From the NCBI GenBank assembly GCA_965261545.1, contig CBDHDF010000010.1, positions 928,001 through 992,000 on the forward strand: DNA of 64,000 nt. Reading direction: 5' to 3'. The first letter of the stretch is position 1; each line of letters begins with the position of its first letter. The translations under genes and the position numbers were made by a program. The notes beneath the pieces were generated by a model. That model was not told the DNA's origin and did not search any database. It saw only the letters and a program-made list of their open reading frames with translations. Of this stretch, positions 37,091 through 50,987 are shown one piece after another. This DNA is from Bdellovibrionales bacterium. GTDB taxonomy: Bacteria > Bdellovibrionota > Bdellovibrionia > Bdellovibrionales > UBA1609.

Positions 37091-40000
37091 TCAACCCGGA
37101 GGAGAAGGGCTATGATCCGTCACAATTCCTGCCATACCCATGCCAGGCAGACCCACAATCGTCTCAGGCTCATCCTTTTCAACCACAACTTTCCAACGCT
37201 TGTAAACTGGGACCCCTGTTCCCGCAGGAATGAGGCGTCCCATAATAATATTCTCTTTAAGCCCCTTCAAATCATCAGACTTTGAATTAATAGCTGCTTC
37301 GGTAAGCACCTTGGTTGTCTCCTGAAAAGAAGCCGCTGAAATCCAACTATCTGTACTGAGAGCCACTTTCGTGATACCCAGCAAGAGAGGCTCTGAAGCC
37401 GCCAGTTGACCTCCCTCTCGAAGAACTCTTTCATTTTCTTCCTCAAAAACAAACCTCTCTACCTGCTCTCCTGCAATAAACTTGGTATCGCCAGCATCCG
37501 TCACAGTGATCTTTCGGAGCATCTGTCGAGCAATGACCTCAATATGCTTGTCGTTGATAGTCACACCCTGGAGACGATAGACCTCTTGAATCTCATTGAC
37601 CAAGTAGGAAGAAAGGGCCTCGTCCCCCAGTACCTTTAAAATATCATGGGGATTTGTCGATCCATCCATCAAAGCTTCACCAGGCTTAATAAATTCGCCT
37701 TCACGAACAGCAACCTGCTTGCCCTTGGGGATAAGATACTCCCGTTGCTCACCCATTTCAGGGGTGATAATCACCCTTTGCTTGCCCTTAACGTCTTGCC
37801 CAAAAGTCACATAGCCTTCAATTTCAGAGATAATGGCAGCTTCCTTGGGCTTTCTTGCCTCAAAAAGCTCAGCCACACGAGGGAGACCCCCTGTAATATC
37901 TTTAGTTTTTGAAGTTTCTCTGTAAATCTTAGCAATAACATCTCCAGCATGAACCTCAGCACCATGATCCACGAGAAGTTGGGCCCCCCAAGGAATGACA
38001 TAGCGAGCGGGAATGTCTCGCCCCGGTAAATTAAGAGGCTCGCCATTCTCATTATTGAGTATAACTGTGGGCTTCACATCAATCCCTTTATTTTCGGTAA
38101 TCACTCGCGTGGAAAAACCTGTCACCACATCCACCTGATGACTCAAGGTCATCCCTTCTTCAATGTCCTGGTACTCCACCGTGCCAGAAATATCTGCCAA
38201 AATCGGATTAGAGTAGGAGTCCCACTCAGCAATCTTGTCACCTTTTTTCACCGCATCACCATCTCTTACATTGAGAACAGCTCCGTAAATAATTTTATAG
38301 CGCTCTCTTTCTCTCTGGTGAATATCGTAAAGAACCATCTCTCCATTACGAGCCATGGCCGTAAGTTTTCCATGACGATTTTCTACAGTATGGACCCCCT
38401 CAAACTTAATCACCCCATCGGTACGCGCCGTATGCCCAGACTGCTCCACAGCCCTGGAAGCTGTTCCACCCAAGTGGAAGGTCCGCATCGTAAGCTGTGT
38501 CCCTGGCTCTCCAATAGACTGGGCTGCAATAATCCCCACAGCTTCTCCCAGGTTCACCATGTTTCCACGGGCCAAGTCTCTTCCATAACACTTTACACAA
38601 ACACCACGGCGAGTCTTGCAAGTCAGGGCTGAACGAATTTTGACTCGCTCAATTCCTAAACTATCAAATTTCTTACAAATTTTCTCATCAATTTCTTGGC
38701 CTGCTCCAAGAATCAACTCACCTGTGGAGGGGTCAGTAATATCCTCTAAAGCCGTCCGACCTAACACCCGATCCACAAGAGGTTGAATAATCTCTCCACC
38801 TTCCATAAGTGGCATCACCTCCATGCCTACTTCCGTGCCACAATTCACTTCATTGACGATAACATCTTGGGCAACATCCACAAGGCGACGAGTGAGATAA
38901 CCTGAGTTCGCTGTTTTAAGGGCTGTGTCCGCCAAACCCTTACGAGCTCCATGGGTAGAAATAAAATACTGAAGAACAGAAAGACCCTCACGAAAGTTCG
39001 CCGTAATGGGCGTCTCAATGATCTCTCCCGAAGGCTTCGCCATAAGGCCACGCATTCCCGCCAACTGACGAATCTGTGCGGCTGATCCACGCGCCCCCGA
39101 GTCAGCCATGACAAAAATAGGGTTAAAAGAATCTCTCTGCAATTCTTTGCCGCCTACCACGACCTTTTCGTACTCAATTTGGTTCATCATTTCTCTGGCC
39201 ACCTTATCTGCCGCCTGAGCCCAAATATCAACAACCCTGTTGTAGCGCTCCCCATCGGTGATAAACCCCTCATCGTACTGTTGCTGGATCTCGTAAACCT
39301 GGGACTCAGCACTATCGAGAAGAGCTTTCTTTTGGGAGGGAATAATCAAGTCGTCCACACAAATTGAGATTCCAGCCTGGGTGGAGTACTTAAAACCAAG
39401 CTGCATGAGCCTATCTGCAAGAATCACTGTCGCCTTAGCCCCTGCCAAGCGAAAAGATGTGTCAATAAAGTTGGCAAGAGCCTTTTTGTCCATCACTCTA
39501 TTCACAACCCCAAAGGGGACTCCATCAGGAACAATATCTCCTAAAATAGCCCTCCCTACAGAAGTGTCCTCCAAGTGCCCCTTCATTCTCACCTTAATGG
39601 CAGCCTGAAGATCCACTCGCCCCATATCATAGGTATAAAGCACCTCTTGAATATTGGAGAAAATACTCCCCGCCCCCTTAGCCCCTGGACGAATACGAGT
39701 CATCCAATAGGCACCTAACACAATATCCTGAGTGGGGTTAATCACAGGACGCCCATTGGCAGGACTCAAAACATTATTGGTAGACATCATTAAAACACGA
39801 GCCTCCACCTGAGCCTCCACAGACAATGGAACATGAACAGCCATTTGGTCACCGTCAAAGTCCGCATTAAAAGCTGTGCACACAAGCGGATGAAGCTGAA
39901 TGGCCTTGCCCTCGTGAAGCACAGGCTCAAATGCCTGAATTCCTAGTCTGTGAAGAGTGGGGGCGCGGTTGAGAAGAACGGGATGCTCTTTAACACACTC

Positions 40001-41239
40001 TGATAAAATATCCCAAACTTCCACTCCCTCCTTTTCCACAAGCCTTCTCGCTTGCTTAATTGTCGTTGCAAAGCCTCTTTCCTCAAGCTTATTGTAAATA
40101 AAAGGCTTAAAAAGTTCCAAAGCCATTTTCTTTGGAAGGCCACACTGGTGCAATCTTAAATAAGGCCCCACAACAATCACTGAGCGCCCGGAGTAGTCCA
40201 CACGCTTACCGAGAAGATTTTGACGAAACCGCCCCTGTTTCCCCTTAAGCATATCGCTCAAAGAGCGCAGAGGTCGCTTTGTTGGCCCTGTAAAAGTCTT
40301 GCCACGACGTCCATTATCAAGAAGTGCATCCACCGCTTCTTGAAGCATTCGCTTTTCGTTGCGAATAATAATATCTGGAGCATTGAGTTCACCTAAGCGC
40401 TTAAGGCGGTTATTCCTGTTAATCACACGACGATAGAGATCATTTAAATCCGAAGTGGCAAATCGCCCTCCATCCAAGGGAACAAGAGGCCTCAAATCAG
40501 GTGGAATCACAGGAACCACGTTAAGCATCATCCACTCAGGTTTATTGATAGAGCCTTTAAAAGCCTCAGCCACCTTCAACCTTTTGGAAAGCTTTTTAAC
40601 CTGGGCCTCCGACTTTGTTTCTTTGAGGTCCATACGAATACGACGAGATAAATATTCGATATCAACTTTTCTTAAAAGGCCAAGAATGGCCTCACCACCC
40701 ATAGCCGCCTTAAAGTTGGGACCAAATTCATTCAGAGCCTCCTGATAAGCACCCTCATCGAGAATCTGCCCCTCTTTTAAAGTTGTCTCCATGGGGTCAA
40801 TCACAGCATAGGACTCACAGTAGAGAACCTTTTCCACATCTTTGAGAGTCATATCTAAGAGGTTACCAATACGGCTTGGGAGAGAACGCAAAAACCAAAT
40901 ATGAGCAACAGGGCTGGCCAACTCAATATGCCCCATGCGACTTCTGCGAACCTTAGACTGGGTCACCTCAACACCACATTTTTCACAAATGACCCCACGA
41001 TACTTCATACGCTTGTACTTACCACACAAGCACTCATAATCTTTCACAGGGCCAAAGATTTTAGCACAAAAAAGTCCATCACGCTCAGGTTTAAAAGTTC
41101 TATAGTTAATGGTCTCTGGCTTTTTCACTTCTCCATGGGACCAGCTACGAATCAACTCTGGTGAAGCAAGTGATATACGAACCCCATTGAAAGAAAGAGG
41201 GTCTTTGGGCTTATCAAAAAAATTGAGTAAGTCTTTCAA
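37091..41239 (-). CDS. rpoC: RNA polymerase beta' subunit
   Basis: NADFDGD; TTG start. Confidence 0.99.
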   Translation of the reverse strand: MKDLLNFFDKPKDPLSFNGVRISLASPELIRSWSHGEVKKPETINYRTFKPERDGLFCAKIFGPVKDYECLCGKYKRMKYRGVICEKCGVEVTQSKVRRSRMGHIELASPVAHIWFLRSLPSRIGNLLDMTLKDVEKVLYCESYAVIDPMETTLKEGQILDEGAYQEALNEFGPNFKAAMGGEAILGLLRKVDIEYLSRRIRMDLKETKSEAQVKKLSKRLKVAEAFKGSINKPEWMMLNVVPVIPPDLRPLVPLDGGRFATSDLNDLYRRVINRNNRLKRLGELNAPDIIIRNEKRMLQEAVDALLDNGRRGKTFTGPTKRPLRSLSDMLKGKQGRFRQNLLGKRVDYSGRSVIVVGPYLRLHQCGLPKKMALELFKPFIYNKLEERGFATTIKQARRLVEKEGVEVWDILSECVKEHPVLLNRAPTLHRLGIQAFEPVLHEGKAIQLHPLVCTAFNADFDGDQMAVHVPLSVEAQVEARVLMMSTNNVLSPANGRPVINPTQDIVLGAYWMTRIRPGAKGAGSIFSNIQEVLYTYDMGRVDLQAAIKVRMKGHLEDTSVGRAILGDIVPDGVPFGVVNRVMDKKALANFIDTSFRLAGAKATVILADRLMQLGFKYSTQAGISICVDDLIIPSQKKALLDSAESQVYEIQQQYDEGFITDGERYNRVVDIWAQAADKVAREMMNQIEYEKVVVGGKELQRDSFNPIFVMADSGARGSAAQIRQLAGMRGLMAKPSGEIIETPITANFREGLSVLQYFISTHGARKGLADTALKTANSGYLTRRLVDVAQDVIVNEVNCGTEVGMEVMPLMEGGEIIQPLVDRVLGRTALEDITDPSTGELILGAGQEIDEKICKKFDSLGIERVKIRSALTCKTRRGVCVKCYGRDLARGNMVNLGEAVGIIAAQSIGEPGTQLTMRTFHLGGTASRAVEQSGHTARTDGVIKFEGVHTVENRHGKLTAMARNGEMVLYDIHQRERERYKIIYGAVLNVRDGDAVKKGDKIAEWDSYSNPILADISGTVEYQDIEEGMTLSHQVDVVTGFSTRVITENKGIDVKPTVILNNENGEPLNLPGRDIPARYVIPWGAQLLVDHGAEVHAGDVIAKIYRETSKTKDITGGLPRVAELFEARKPKEAAIISEIEGYVTFGQDVKGKQRVIITPEMGEQREYLIPKGKQVAVREGEFIKPGEALMDGSTNPHDILKVLGDEALSSYLVNEIQEVYRLQGVTINDKHIEVIARQMLRKITVTDAGDTKFIAGEQVERFVFEEENERVLREGGQLAASEPLLLGITKVALSTDSWISAASFQETTKVLTEAAINSKSDDLKGLKENIIMGRLIPAGTGVPVYKRWKVVVEKDEPETIVGLPGMGMAGIVTDHSPSPPG

Positions 41240-41357
41240 AATTAGGCTCCCTTTATATTTTATGATGATATATTCATTACATCATACATCCTATTTTTAG
41301 GCTTTATTTTTTTAGGCTTTATTTCTATTTCATATTCATTTCTAATAGAGGATTTAC

Positions 41358-44300
41358 TCACATCTCCACACCTGAATCCGAAGTCAACTCCCTCGGAGCT
41401 TCTGTAAGTACATCTGACTCAATGAGATCGACATTCAAAGCAAGACTTTGAAGTTCTTTGATCAAAACATTAAAAGATTCTGGTAACCCAGGTTCAAGGA
41501 TATTCTCACCCTTAACAATGCTCTCATACATACGAGTTCTTCCAGCCACATCATCTGATTTCACTGTCAAAAATTCTTGCAAAGAGTAGGCCGCACCATA
41601 GGCTTCAATGGCCCAAACCTCCATTTCTCCAAGCCTTTGGCCACCAAATTGGGCCTTACCACCAAGAGGTTGTTGAGAGACCAAAGAATAAGGACCAATG
41701 GAGCGTGCATGAATCTTCTCCTCCACCAAGTGATGAAGTTTCAACATGTACATAATTCCCACGGTCACAGGATTTTGAAAAGGCTCCCCTGTGCGACCAT
41801 CAAAAAGAGTCATCTGACCTGTGGAAGGAAGATTGGCACGATCTAAAAGCTCCTTCACATCAGACTCCTTAGCTCCATCAAAAACGGGGGTTCCAATATG
41901 AATACCATCCACAACTTTTTCAGCTATCTTTTGAATGGAGGAGTCATTTGCTTGATCTAGTCTCGCCGATAATTCTTCATCCGAATAAGCGTGCTTTAAG
42001 GCCTCCCTCACCTCTGAAGATTTAAAGCTTTCAAGAGTCTCTTCAATTTGCTTACCTAAGTTGTAGGCAGCCCAGCCTAGGTGAACTTCGAGAACTTGGC
42101 CTATGTTCATACGAGATGGCACACCCAAGGAGTTGAGAACCATATCCACCGGCGTTCCATCGGCCATATAGGGCATATCCTCCACCGGCATTACGCAAGA
42201 AATCACACCCTTGTTTCCATGGCGGCCCGCAAACTTATCTCCCACTTGAAGTTTACGCTTAATGGCCACGTAAACTTTCACCATCTTAATAACCCCTGGC
42301 GGTAACTCATCGCCCTTACGGAGACGATTTACTTTTTCATTAAAAACCATCTTCACAACATCGAGTTGGTTTCTCGCCCCATCCATCACACGAGTGATTT
42401 GATACTCAAGTTCTTGACCCAAGGGAATATAGCTTAGTAGCTCAAAGGGAATGGACTCCAGATCAGCACCTGATATTTCCTGCCCCTTAGAGAGAAGCTT
42501 TACGGAGCCATCTTCACTGAGAAGAACACCTGTTGTCTTTTGGCTCACAATAAGTTCTTTCAGTTTGTCAAAAGCATTGTTTCTAATAATATTCTGCTCA
42601 ATCTCCATATCCTTTTGGATTTTTTGTTGCTTCTCATCAATGATCGATTGAAGACGCGAGTCTCTCTCCGCTCCCTCACGACTATACACTTGGGCATCAA
42701 TCACTGTGCCCGAAACCCCCGACGGAACACGAAGGGAAGTGTCCCTCACATCTCCAGCCTTTTCACCAAAAATAGCTCGCAGAAGTTTCTCCTCAGGGGA
42801 CAGCTGTGTTTCACCCTTGGGAGTCACCTTACCCACAAGGACATCTCCGGGATGAACCTCCGCACCAATACGAATAATACCTGTGGTATCTAAATCTTTA
42901 AGAGCTTCCTCCCCCACATTGGCAATATCACGAGTGATTTCTTCTTTGCCAAGTTTGGTATCACGAGCCACGCACTCAAATTCCTCAATGTGAATGGAAG
43001 TGTAAACATCATCTTTAATAAGACGCTCAGAAATAAGAATGGAATCCTCAAAGTTGTAACCCATCCAAGGAGTAAAGGCCACGAGAATATTTTGCCCCAA
43101 AGCTAACTCACCCAACTCTGTGGCCGGACCATCAGCAATCACATCCCCACGAGAAACTCGGTCTCCAACACGCACAATGGCCTTTTGATTAAAGCATGTG
43201 TTTTGATTGGTTCTCTGGTATTTAACAAGATTGTAAATATCAACATTGCCTCCAGGCTTTCCGTCCTTGGCAAAACGACGCACCACAACTCGCGAAGCAT
43301 CTACCTCCTCTACCTGCCCATGGTTGGTACAAACAACACTCGTCCCCGAATCTCTTGCTACAAGCTTCTCAACACCTGTCCCCACCAAAGGAGAACGAGA
43401 TTTTAATAGAGGCACAGCCTGACGCTGCATATTAGAGCCCATCAAAGCCCTATTGGCATCATCGTGTTCGAGAAAGGGGATAAGCGAGGCGGCAATAGAA
43501 ACAAGCTGACTCGGAGATACATCCATAAGGGAGACTTTTTCACTATCCACCATCTCATACTCACCATCACAGCGAACAGTAAGATTGTCTGTGGAAATTT
43601 TGCCTCCCTGCATATCGCGCCCCGCTTGGGCAATATAGTGGCCAGCCTCCTCCAGAGCCGACATATAACGAATGTCCTCTGTCACTTCAGCCGACTCTAC
43701 TTTACGATAGGGTGTTTCAATAAATCCATAGCCATTAATGCGAGCATAGGTGGCCAAAGATGCAATAAGACCAATATTGGGCCCCTCAGGAGTTTCAATG
43801 GGACAAATGCGACCATAGTGGGTCGGGTGAACATCGCGAACCTCGAACCCTGCGCGATCACGGGTCAATCCCCCTGGCCCAAGAGCCGAAAGACGTCTTT
43901 TATGGGTGATTTCAGAAAGAGGATTGGTTTGGTCCATAAACTGAGAGAGCTGAGAGGAGCCAAAAAATTCTTTCACCACAGCATTCACCGGTTTCGCATT
44001 GACAAGATCGTGGGGCATCATTGTCTCCACATCTTGAAGGCTCATTCTCTCACGAATGGCCCTCTCCATTCTCACCAAGCCAATGCGATACTGGTTCTCC
44101 AAAAGCTCACCCACAGAGCGAACCCGGCGATTGCCCAAGTGATCGATATCGTCCACCTCACCCTGACCATTTTTAAGCTCAATGATTGTTTTAGCCACAA
44201 AAAGAATATCTTCACTCCTCAAAGTACGAAGTTCCACCGGACACTCATCAAAATTAATACCAAATCGATGGTTGATTTTAAGGCGACCTACCTCACTCAA

Positions 44301-45524
44301 ATCGTAGGTTTCAGGATCAAAAAAAAGACGATGAAAGAAACTTGTCGCCGCCTCAATTGTTGGAGGCTCACCAGGGCGAAGTCTTTTATAAATTTCGAGA
44401 AGCGCCTCATCTTTTGTGCTAACTTTATCGATGAGAAGTGTGTTTCTTAGGTAAGGCCCCACAGCGAAGCCATCAAAAAAGATGAGATGAAACTTGTAAA
44501 TTCCAGCATCCAACAACTTCTTAAAGGTATCACGGGTCATCTCTTGATTGGAATCAACAATAATTTCCCCTGTCTCTTCATCCACCAAAGGCTTGGCCAC
44601 AACCTTGCCCTCAAGAGCCTCAAGAGAGAGTTCTACTTTGGCCACCTTGGCCTCAAGAACTTTCTTAACCACAGCACGGGTGATACGACGTCCCGCCTTC
44701 ACAAGAACTTCACCATTCTTCGGGTTGACAATATCTGAAATCGCCTTCTGGCCCGCCAAGCGCTCAATATCTAAGTCACGATAAACCTTGCCACTTTTGG
44801 GATCTACCGTCACCAAATCCAGCTTGTAGTAATACTCCAAAAGTTCCTCTGTATCGTAGCCAAGGGCTTTTAAAAGAATCGTGGCGGGGAATTTTCGCCT
44901 TCGATCAATGCGTACATACAGAAGATCTTTCTGATCAAACTCAAAATCGAGCCATGAGCCACGGTAGGGAATAATTCGAGCTGAGTAAATCAACTTGCCA
45001 CTGACGTTGTTTTTTCCTCCATCATGATCGAAAAAAACTCCTGGAGAACGATGCAACTGACTGACAACAACCCTTTCTGTTCCATTAATGATAAAGGAGC
45101 CACTGGAGGTCATAAGGGGAATTTCTCCCAAATAAACTTCTTGCTCTTTGACATCCCGAATACTCATAGACTCCGAACCTTCATCTGTATCGAAGACAAT
45201 AAGTCTCAAAGTCACCTTTACAGGGACGGCAAAGGTCATTCCACGCTGACGACATTCCTCTACATCATACTTGGCTGGTTCAAGAGTGTAGTTAACAAAC
45301 TCTAAACTCGCTGTTTCATTGAAGTCAGAAATGGGAAAAACGGATTTAAAAACCCCGTTAAGGCCCTCATCTCCACGGCTGTCGGGATCTGTTTCCTTTT
45401 CGAGAAAAGCCTCATAAGACTTCTTCTGCAACTCAATGAGATTGGGTATTTCAGTAAGCTGCTTGGTTCTGGCATAGCTACGACGCAAGCGAATATTAGA
45501 GGCGACGACGGGTGTGGTCTCCAT
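41358..45524 (-). CDS. rpoB: RNA polymerase beta subunit
   Basis: [28 protein letters not shown]. Confidence 0.99.
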   Translation of the reverse strand: METTPVVASNIRLRRSYARTKQLTEIPNLIELQKKSYEAFLEKETDPDSRGDEGLNGVFKSVFPISDFNETASLEFVNYTLEPAKYDVEECRQRGMTFAVPVKVTLRLIVFDTDEGSESMSIRDVKEQEVYLGEIPLMTSSGSFIINGTERVVVSQLHRSPGVFFDHDGGKNNVSGKLIYSARIIPYRGSWLDFEFDQKDLLYVRIDRRRKFPATILLKALGYDTEELLEYYYKLDLVTVDPKSGKVYRDLDIERLAGQKAISDIVNPKNGEVLVKAGRRITRAVVKKVLEAKVAKVELSLEALEGKVVAKPLVDEETGEIIVDSNQEMTRDTFKKLLDAGIYKFHLIFFDGFAVGPYLRNTLLIDKVSTKDEALLEIYKRLRPGEPPTIEAATSFFHRLFFDPETYDLSEVGRLKINHRFGINFDECPVELRTLRSEDILFVAKTIIELKNGQGEVDDIDHLGNRRVRSVGELLENQYRIGLVRMERAIRERMSLQDVETMMPHDLVNAKPVNAVVKEFFGSSQLSQFMDQTNPLSEITHKRRLSALGPGGLTRDRAGFEVRDVHPTHYGRICPIETPEGPNIGLIASLATYARINGYGFIETPYRKVESAEVTEDIRYMSALEEAGHYIAQAGRDMQGGKISTDNLTVRCDGEYEMVDSEKVSLMDVSPSQLVSIAASLIPFLEHDDANRALMGSNMQRQAVPLLKSRSPLVGTGVEKLVARDSGTSVVCTNHGQVEEVDASRVVVRRFAKDGKPGGNVDIYNLVKYQRTNQNTCFNQKAIVRVGDRVSRGDVIADGPATELGELALGQNILVAFTPWMGYNFEDSILISERLIKDDVYTSIHIEEFECVARDTKLGKEEITRDIANVGEEALKDLDTTGIIRIGAEVHPGDVLVGKVTPKGETQLSPEEKLLRAIFGEKAGDVRDTSLRVPSGVSGTVIDAQVYSREGAERDSRLQSIIDEKQQKIQKDMEIEQNIIRNNAFDKLKELIVSQKTTGVLLSEDGSVKLLSKGQEISGADLESIPFELLSYIPLGQELEYQITRVMDGARNQLDVVKMVFNEKVNRLRKGDELPPGVIKMVKVYVAIKRKLQVGDKFAGRHGNKGVISCVMPVEDMPYMADGTPVDMVLNSLGVPSRMNIGQVLEVHLGWAAYNLGKQIEETLESFKSSEVREALKHAYSDEELSARLDQANDSSIQKIAEKVVDGIHIGTPVFDGAKESDVKELLDRANLPSTGQMTLFDGRTGEPFQNPVTVGIMYMLKLHHLVEEKIHARSIGPYSLVSQQPLGGKAQFGGQRLGEMEVWAIEAYGAAYSLQEFLTVKSDDVAGRTRMYESIVKGENILEPGLPESFNVLIKELQSLALNVDLIESDVLTEAPRELTSDSGVEM

Positions 45525-45638
45525 TATTTCTCCTTAGAAAGTGCAAAAAAAAGGACGGAACAAGGCATGATCGGCCTTGCCCTCAAAAAGCCCATGAAAT
45601 AGCCCTGAAAAACACCATCACAAGCCCAATTGACTATG

Positions 45639-46013
45639 CTACTTAATTTCAACCGTAGCTCCAGCTTTTTCAAGGGCGGCCTTGATCTTCTCGGCCTCTT
45701 CCTTGGGCTGACCTTCCTTAATGGGCTTAGGAGCACTCTCAACAAGCTCTTTGGCTTCCTTCAAGCCAAGACCTGTAATAACACGAACTTCCTTAATCAC
45801 GTTGATCTTGCTAGACCCTACACTGGCCAGAATAACATCAAACTCTGTCTGCTCTTCCGCCGCAGCTTCTCCGCTAGGACTTCCAGCCACTACAGCCACA
45901 GGAGCTGCGGCACTAACGCCCCACTTTTCCTCAAGATCTGAAACCATTTCAGCCAGCTCAATGACAGGCATCTTTGATAAGAACTCAATAACCTCTTCTT
46001 TATTTAAAGCCAT
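45639..46013 (-). CDS. rplL: 50S ribosomal protein L7/L12
   Basis: [26 protein letters not shown]. Confidence 0.98.
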   Translation of the reverse strand: MALNKEEVIEFLSKMPVIELAEMVSDLEEKWGVSAAAPVAVVAGSPSGEAAAEEQTEFDVILASVGSSKINVIKEVRVITGLGLKEAKELVESAPKPIKEGQPKEEAEKIKAALEKAGATVEIK

Positions 46014-46168
46014 TATATCCTCCAAAACAATGTCAAATGAAGTGAGCTAACATCACTTATTCACCATTTGTCAATTAGCTCATAAAATTCTATTAAAATA
46101 AAGCTCTAACATAAAATATAAACAAAATACAAAATCTCAATTTATTGGTAATAACTGGTTGGAAAATC

Positions 46169-46690
46169 TCACTTTGAGTCTTTGTAGGCACTGAGTAAAC
46201 GAACAAATCCACTAGGTACAGCATGAAGCACACGAACAAAATTGGCCATGGGAGCCTGCAAAGTTCCAAGCAACTTGGCCTGCAACTCCTCTTTTGAAGG
46301 CAGTTGTGCAAGATGCTTTATTTGGGCCTCGTTGAGACCTTTCCCACCAACAGCACCTGCTTTTATAACAAGTGCTTGAACTTCCTTGCTGAACTCAGTG
46401 AGCTGTTTGGCCGAAGCACTCACATCTTCATAGGCAAAAACAACAGCTCTAGGTCCCACAAAGTGGTCGGCAAGACACGCCTCAAGCTCAGAGTGATCCT
46501 TGAGAGCTCTCTTCACCAAAGTGTTTCTCACCACTCTCATCTGTGATTGAATAGGGCTTAAAAACTTGCGCAAGCGAGTGACCTGCTCCACATTCATGCC
46601 AGTAAAATCGACAAGAAATGCCGCTTTAGCCTTACCTAAACAGCTTGAAAGATGGGCAATTTCTTCGGCTTTTTGTGCCCGAGTCATCAT
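46169..46690 (-). CDS. rplJ: 50S ribosomal protein L10
   Basis: VVRNTL, LA.LPSKEEL.A. Confidence 0.97.
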   Translation of the reverse strand: MMTRAQKAEEIAHLSSCLGKAKAAFLVDFTGMNVEQVTRLRKFLSPIQSQMRVVRNTLVKRALKDHSELEACLADHFVGPRAVVFAYEDVSASAKQLTEFSKEVQALVIKAGAVGGKGLNEAQIKHLAQLPSKEELQAKLLGTLQAPMANFVRVLHAVPSGFVRLLSAYKDSK

Positions 46691-46761
46691 TCTCTATGAA
46701 CCTCCTTCATGCGGTTTTTGGATAGGGACACAGGAGAAGAGAAGCAAAATCCACAACATTT

Positions 46762-46822
46762 CCCACGTCTCAACAGGCTATCTATTAAACCCACTTCGGG
46801 GCACCTGTGTCTCTGACCGCAA
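46762..46822 (-). promoter_or_regulatory. L10 leader RNA
   Basis: GGTCAGAGACACAGG..TTAA..CCTGTTGAGAC upstream of rplJ resembles the L10 leader. Confidence 0.7.
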
Positions 46823-46982
46823 CTTATTAAATTAAATGCACCAATATAAATGAACTAAACAAACAACTCTTGCATGAAGCTTAGCAAACTGTTCCTATAC
46901 GACACAAACCAATCATAGCATAGGCTTAATGCGCCAAGTTACACGCGTAGAATAAAAAAACCTCATAAAATAAAAGTTGAAC

Positions 46983-47687
46983 TTAAACAAGAGCCCCCTG
47001 GGTATTGGCCACATCCATCTTGATTCCAGGTCCCATGGTGGCACTAACAGCAATGTTCCTCAAATAAATACCCTTGCTCGATGCAGGTTTCGCCTTTTGC
47101 AAAGCCCCTATGAAAGCTAAATAGTTATCCATCAACTTCTCTGCACCCATAGAAGAGCGCCCCACAGAAGAGTGCACAATACCAGCTTTCTCAACTCGAA
47201 AGGCCATCTTGCCCTTTTTCTCTACCTCCACAGCTTCTGTCACATTCATTGTCACAGTGCCCACCTTAGGATTGGGCATAAGACCACGGGGTCCGAGAAT
47301 TTTAGCGACCTTAGCCACCATAACCATCATATCAGGGGTCGCAATCGCTTTATCAAAGTCCAACCAACCATCTTTGATTTTTTCCACAAGATCATCTGCA
47401 CCCACAAAACAAGCTCCAGCCGCCTTAGCTTCTTCTTCCTTGGATCCTTTGGCGAAAACAACAATACGAACTTCTTTTCCCAGCCCATGGGGAAGGGCAA
47501 TGGCCCCCCTCACCTGCTGGTCCGACTGCTTAGGGTCCACACCCAAACGAACAGATACATCGATGGACTCATCAAACTTAGCCACAGCTGTCTCTACCAC
47601 CAAATGAACTCCTTCCTTAACAGAATATCTTTTTGCAGAGTCCACCTTAGCTTTCACTGAGACAAACCTTCTTCCCAATTTCTTCAT
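46983..47687 (-). CDS. rplA: 50S ribosomal protein L1
   Basis: DQQVRG..LPHGLGK, LGPRGLMPNPK.GTV. Confidence 0.98.
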   Translation of the reverse strand: MKKLGRRFVSVKAKVDSAKRYSVKEGVHLVVETAVAKFDESIDVSVRLGVDPKQSDQQVRGAIALPHGLGKEVRIVVFAKGSKEEEAKAAGACFVGADDLVEKIKDGWLDFDKAIATPDMMVMVAKVAKILGPRGLMPNPKVGTVTMNVTEAVEVEKKGKMAFRVEKAGIVHSSVGRSSMGAEKLMDNYLAFIGALQKAKPASSKGIYLRNIAVSATMGPGIKMDVANTQGALV

Positions 47688-47861
47688 AATTTATACCTAC
47701 TCCCTGTCACCTATACTGCTCCGTAACAAATACATACAAACGGACAACATAACAAATAGTACTAGTGATCGTAACCATTACTTTAATGATAATGCAATGT
47801 TAACATTGTTACTTAACTTAATGACTACGCTTGTTATTTCATGGCCATGACGACACAAATA

Positions 47862-48284
47862 TTACTCAATTTCTAAACCCATGCTTTTCGCCGTTCCCTG
47901 CACTTGAGAAATAGCTGATTCAAGGCTTACACAATTGAGATCAGACATCTTTGTTTCTGCAATCTCCCTCACCATATCTTTACTGACAGTACCCACTTTG
48001 TCCTTTTGAGGCATCTTCGACCCACTCTTTAAGTTCAAGGCTTTTTTGAGAAGAACAGACGTTGGAGGTGTCTTTGTCACAAATGTAAAAGAGCGATCCT
48101 GATAAACTGTAATAATCACGGGTATGACCGTATCACCTACACCTTGGGTCTTTGCATTAAACTGCTTGCAAAAGTCCATGATATTCACACCGTGCTGACC
48201 TAGGGCCGGCCCCACAGGTGGAGCCGGATTCGCCTTGCCCGCCGGAATCTGTAATTTAATTTGACCTGTCACCTGCTTAGCCAT
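47862..48284 (-). CDS. rplK: 50S ribosomal protein L11
   Basis: [16 protein letters not shown]. Confidence 0.99.
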   Translation of the reverse strand: MAKQVTGQIKLQIPAGKANPAPPVGPALGQHGVNIMDFCKQFNAKTQGVGDTVIPVIITVYQDRSFTFVTKTPPTSVLLKKALNLKSGSKMPQKDKVGTVSKDMVREIAETKMSDLNCVSLESAISQVQGTAKSMGLEIE

Positions 48285-48420
48285 GACCTAACTCTCCTAT
48301 ATTTCTCAAATTTTCTGTACTTTGTACTTTCTCTACACAACTCTCTCAATCCTCTATGGATTGCTACTTGATGTTTTCGCAGGGCGCCACGCAATCAGCT
48401 AGCAAGAGTTTTAGAAATGG

Positions 48421-48954
48421 TCAAGCTTTTTCTACTTGTACAAAGTCCAATTCCACAGGGGTGGGACGACCAAAGATACTGACAAGCACTTTAACCTTAC
48501 CCTTCTCTTCATTTATATCCTCAACAGAACCATTAAAACTACTAAAAGGTCCATCTATAACAACGACACTCTCTCCAACAGCAAAAGATATTTTGTGCTT
48601 GATTTTCTCAGCCCCCGTCTTCATTTGCTTTGTAACACGAGCGACTTCTTCCTCAGAAACTTCAGAGGGTTTACCAGAGCTTCCCACAAAACCTGAAACC
48701 TTGGAAGCCCCCCTCACCAAGTGCCAAGTCTTGTCAGACATGTCCATTTGTACAAAAATATAACCAGGAAAAAACTTGCGCGCCCTTGTGGTCTTCTTGC
48801 CCTTTACAAGCTCCACCACATTTTCAGAAGGAACTAAGATATTTCCAAAACACTCTGACATCTTCATGCTCTTAATGCGATCTTCAATAGAAGACTTCGC
48901 TGTATTTTCACAGCCTGTTTGAGTATTCACAATGTACCACTTCAACTCCGACAC
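48421..48954 (-). CDS. nusG: Transcription factor NusG
   Basis: FFPGYIFV; KOW; IFGRPTPVEL. Confidence 0.98.
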   Translation of the reverse strand: MSELKWYIVNTQTGCENTAKSSIEDRIKSMKMSECFGNILVPSENVVELVKGKKTTRARKFFPGYIFVQMDMSDKTWHLVRGASKVSGFVGSSGKPSEVSEEEVARVTKQMKTGAEKIKHKISFAVGESVVVIDGPFSSFNGSVEDINEEKGKVKVLVSIFGRPTPVELDFVQVEKA

Positions 48955-49063
48955 TTAAGACCTCTATGCCACCATTTTCTATGGCTCTATAATTGGCTTT
49001 CTAAGCTAACTTCCCAGTTAACTCTTCCCACAACTTCTTATGACTTGCTGACTCATCACTGAC

Positions 49064-49444
49064 TTACTGCTGAATAATAACTTTCACAATTTCTGTGGAG
49101 AGATAGTCAAACACAAACAAAATCAAACAAGAAATAGTCAACATAACGCAAACGACAAGAGTCATCCCCGTTGTATCGCGACGAGAGGGCCAAACGACTT
49201 TAAGCAATTCTGTCACCACCTCATCCGCCCAAACCAAAACTTTTTTGTTAAACTGCAAAGAAAAAAAGGTGACCAAAGCGACAACCACAGGAAGACCATG
49301 ACGCACAACATCTTGTGCGTAAAGCCTTGCCACAAATCCAAAACTCGCTGCAACTGTCTCCAAAAGTATATTTACTGTAACAGCCACCAGAAAAGCAAAA
49401 ATGAGAAAGCTCACAGTAATGATTTTATGATGACTTCTTCCCAA
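49064..49444 (-). CDS. secE: Preprotein translocase SecE
   Basis: EL.KVVWPSR; upstream of nusG. Confidence 0.93.
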   Translation of the reverse strand: MGRSHHKIITVSFLIFAFLVAVTVNILLETVAASFGFVARLYAQDVVRHGLPVVVALVTFFSLQFNKKVLVWADEVVTELLKVVWPSRRDTTGMTLVVCVMLTISCLILFVFDYLSTEIVKVIIQQ

Positions 49445-49482
49445 AGCGACCTACTTTCTTTGAACTTTTTAGAGTTATAAAC

Positions 49483-49559
49483 TGGCAGGGTAGGAGGGAT
49501 TCGAACCCACAACCTACGGATTTGGAGTCCGTTGCTCTACCAATTAGAGCTACTACCCT
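49483..49559 (-). tRNA. tRNA-Trp(CCA)
   Basis: Cloverleaf, anticodon CCA, TTCGAA T-loop, encoded CCA end. Confidence 0.96.
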
Positions 49560-49601
49560 CCCTCACCCAACCTTACAGCGGGACAACCGATTTACTCCAC
49601 T

Positions 49602-50792
49602 TTACTCCACAATATCCGTAACGACACCCGCACCCACAGTACGGCCACCCTCACGAATTGCAAAACGCAATTCTTTTTCCATGGCAATGGGAGCAATCAA
49701 CTCCACATCCATTTCAACACGATCTCCAGGCATAACCATCTCAACACCTTCCTTCAAGGTGACCACACCCGTAACATCTGTGGTACGAAAGTAAAATTGA
49801 GGGCGATACCCCTTAAAAAATGGGGTGTGACGCCCACCCTCTTCTTTTGTAAGGATATAAGCCTCAGCTTTAAACTTTTTATGGGGCGTAATAGAGCCAG
49901 GAACGGCAAGAACCTGGCCACGCTCAACATCTTCTTTTTTTGTCCCGCGGAGAAGGCAGCCAGCATTGTCGCCAGCCTGCCCCTCGTCGAGAAGCTTGCG
50001 AAACATCTCAATGCCCGTCACAGTCGTTTTAGCTGTTTCCCGAATACCAATAATCTCCACTTCTTGGCCCACTTTAACAATTCCACGCTCAATACGACCT
50101 GTCACCACTGTTCCACGGCCAGAAATGGAAAAAACATCCTCAATGGGCATGAGAAAGGGTTTGTCTGTGACACGAATTGGAGCTGGAATATATTCATCCA
50201 CAGCCTCCATAAGCTTATTGATAGCCTCCTCACCAATATCGCTGACATGCCCCTCAAGTGCCTTAAGGGCAGAACCCTGAACAATAGGTATATCATCACC
50301 AGGAAATTCATACTTGGAAAGAAGCTCGCGAATTTCCAGTTCCACAAGTTCAAGCAACTCAGGGTCATCCACCTGATCTACTTTGTTCATAAAAACAACA
50401 ATGGCAGGCACACCCACCTGACGAGCCAATAAGATATGTTCACGAGTTTGTGGCATGGGACCATCTGCGGCCGAAACCACAAGAATCGCACCGTCCATTT
50501 GGGCCGCTCCCGTAATCATGTTTTTTACATAGTCAGCATGACCGGGACAATCCACATGGGCATAGTGACGTCGCTCTGTTTCGTACTCCACATGAGCTGT
50601 GGAAATGGTGATCCCACGCTCCCTCTCCTCTGGAGCATTATCGATCTGATCGTAAGCTTGGGCTGTCGCCCCACCACTTTTTGATAATACTGTTGTAATA
50701 GCCGCCGTCAGAGTGGTCTTACCGTGGTCCACATGGCCAATGGTTCCAATATTCACATGAGGCTTACTACGATCAAATTTTTCTTTAGACAT
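49602..50792 (-). CDS. tuf: Elongation factor Tu
   Basis: [17 protein letters not shown]. Confidence 0.99.
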   Translation of the reverse strand: MSKEKFDRSKPHVNIGTIGHVDHGKTTLTAAITTVLSKSGGATAQAYDQIDNAPEERERGITISTAHVEYETERRHYAHVDCPGHADYVKNMITGAAQMDGAILVVSAADGPMPQTREHILLARQVGVPAIVVFMNKVDQVDDPELLELVELEIRELLSKYEFPGDDIPIVQGSALKALEGHVSDIGEEAINKLMEAVDEYIPAPIRVTDKPFLMPIEDVFSISGRGTVVTGRIERGIVKVGQEVEIIGIRETAKTTVTGIEMFRKLLDEGQAGDNAGCLLRGTKKEDVERGQVLAVPGSITPHKKFKAEAYILTKEEGGRHTPFFKGYRPQFYFRTTDVTGVVTLKEGVEMVMPGDRVEMDVELIAPIAMEKELRFAIREGGRTVGAGVVTDIVE

Positions 50793-50987
50793 TTTTAAAG
50801 ACTCCTCTACTTTGAATTGTAATGATGAGCAACATAACTCACGCTGCGGTTCATTGTTAATCGTTTTATACTTTTATACTTAATATTTCTATTTACTTAC
50901 ACTTTCTATTTACTTAATTTACTCTGCCATCAACATAACAACATATATAACAAAGTTAAGCTCCTTATGAAGGCAAAGCCTACAAAA

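Noticed and set aside
43900..43975. Rifampicin-resistance substitutions in rpoB
   Set aside because: Cluster I ([25 protein letters not shown]) looks wild type.
37091..50792. Long antisense ORFs (e.g. 43464-44450, 49797-50432, 47172-47660)
   Set aside because: Shadows of rpoBC, tuf and rplA with no motifs.
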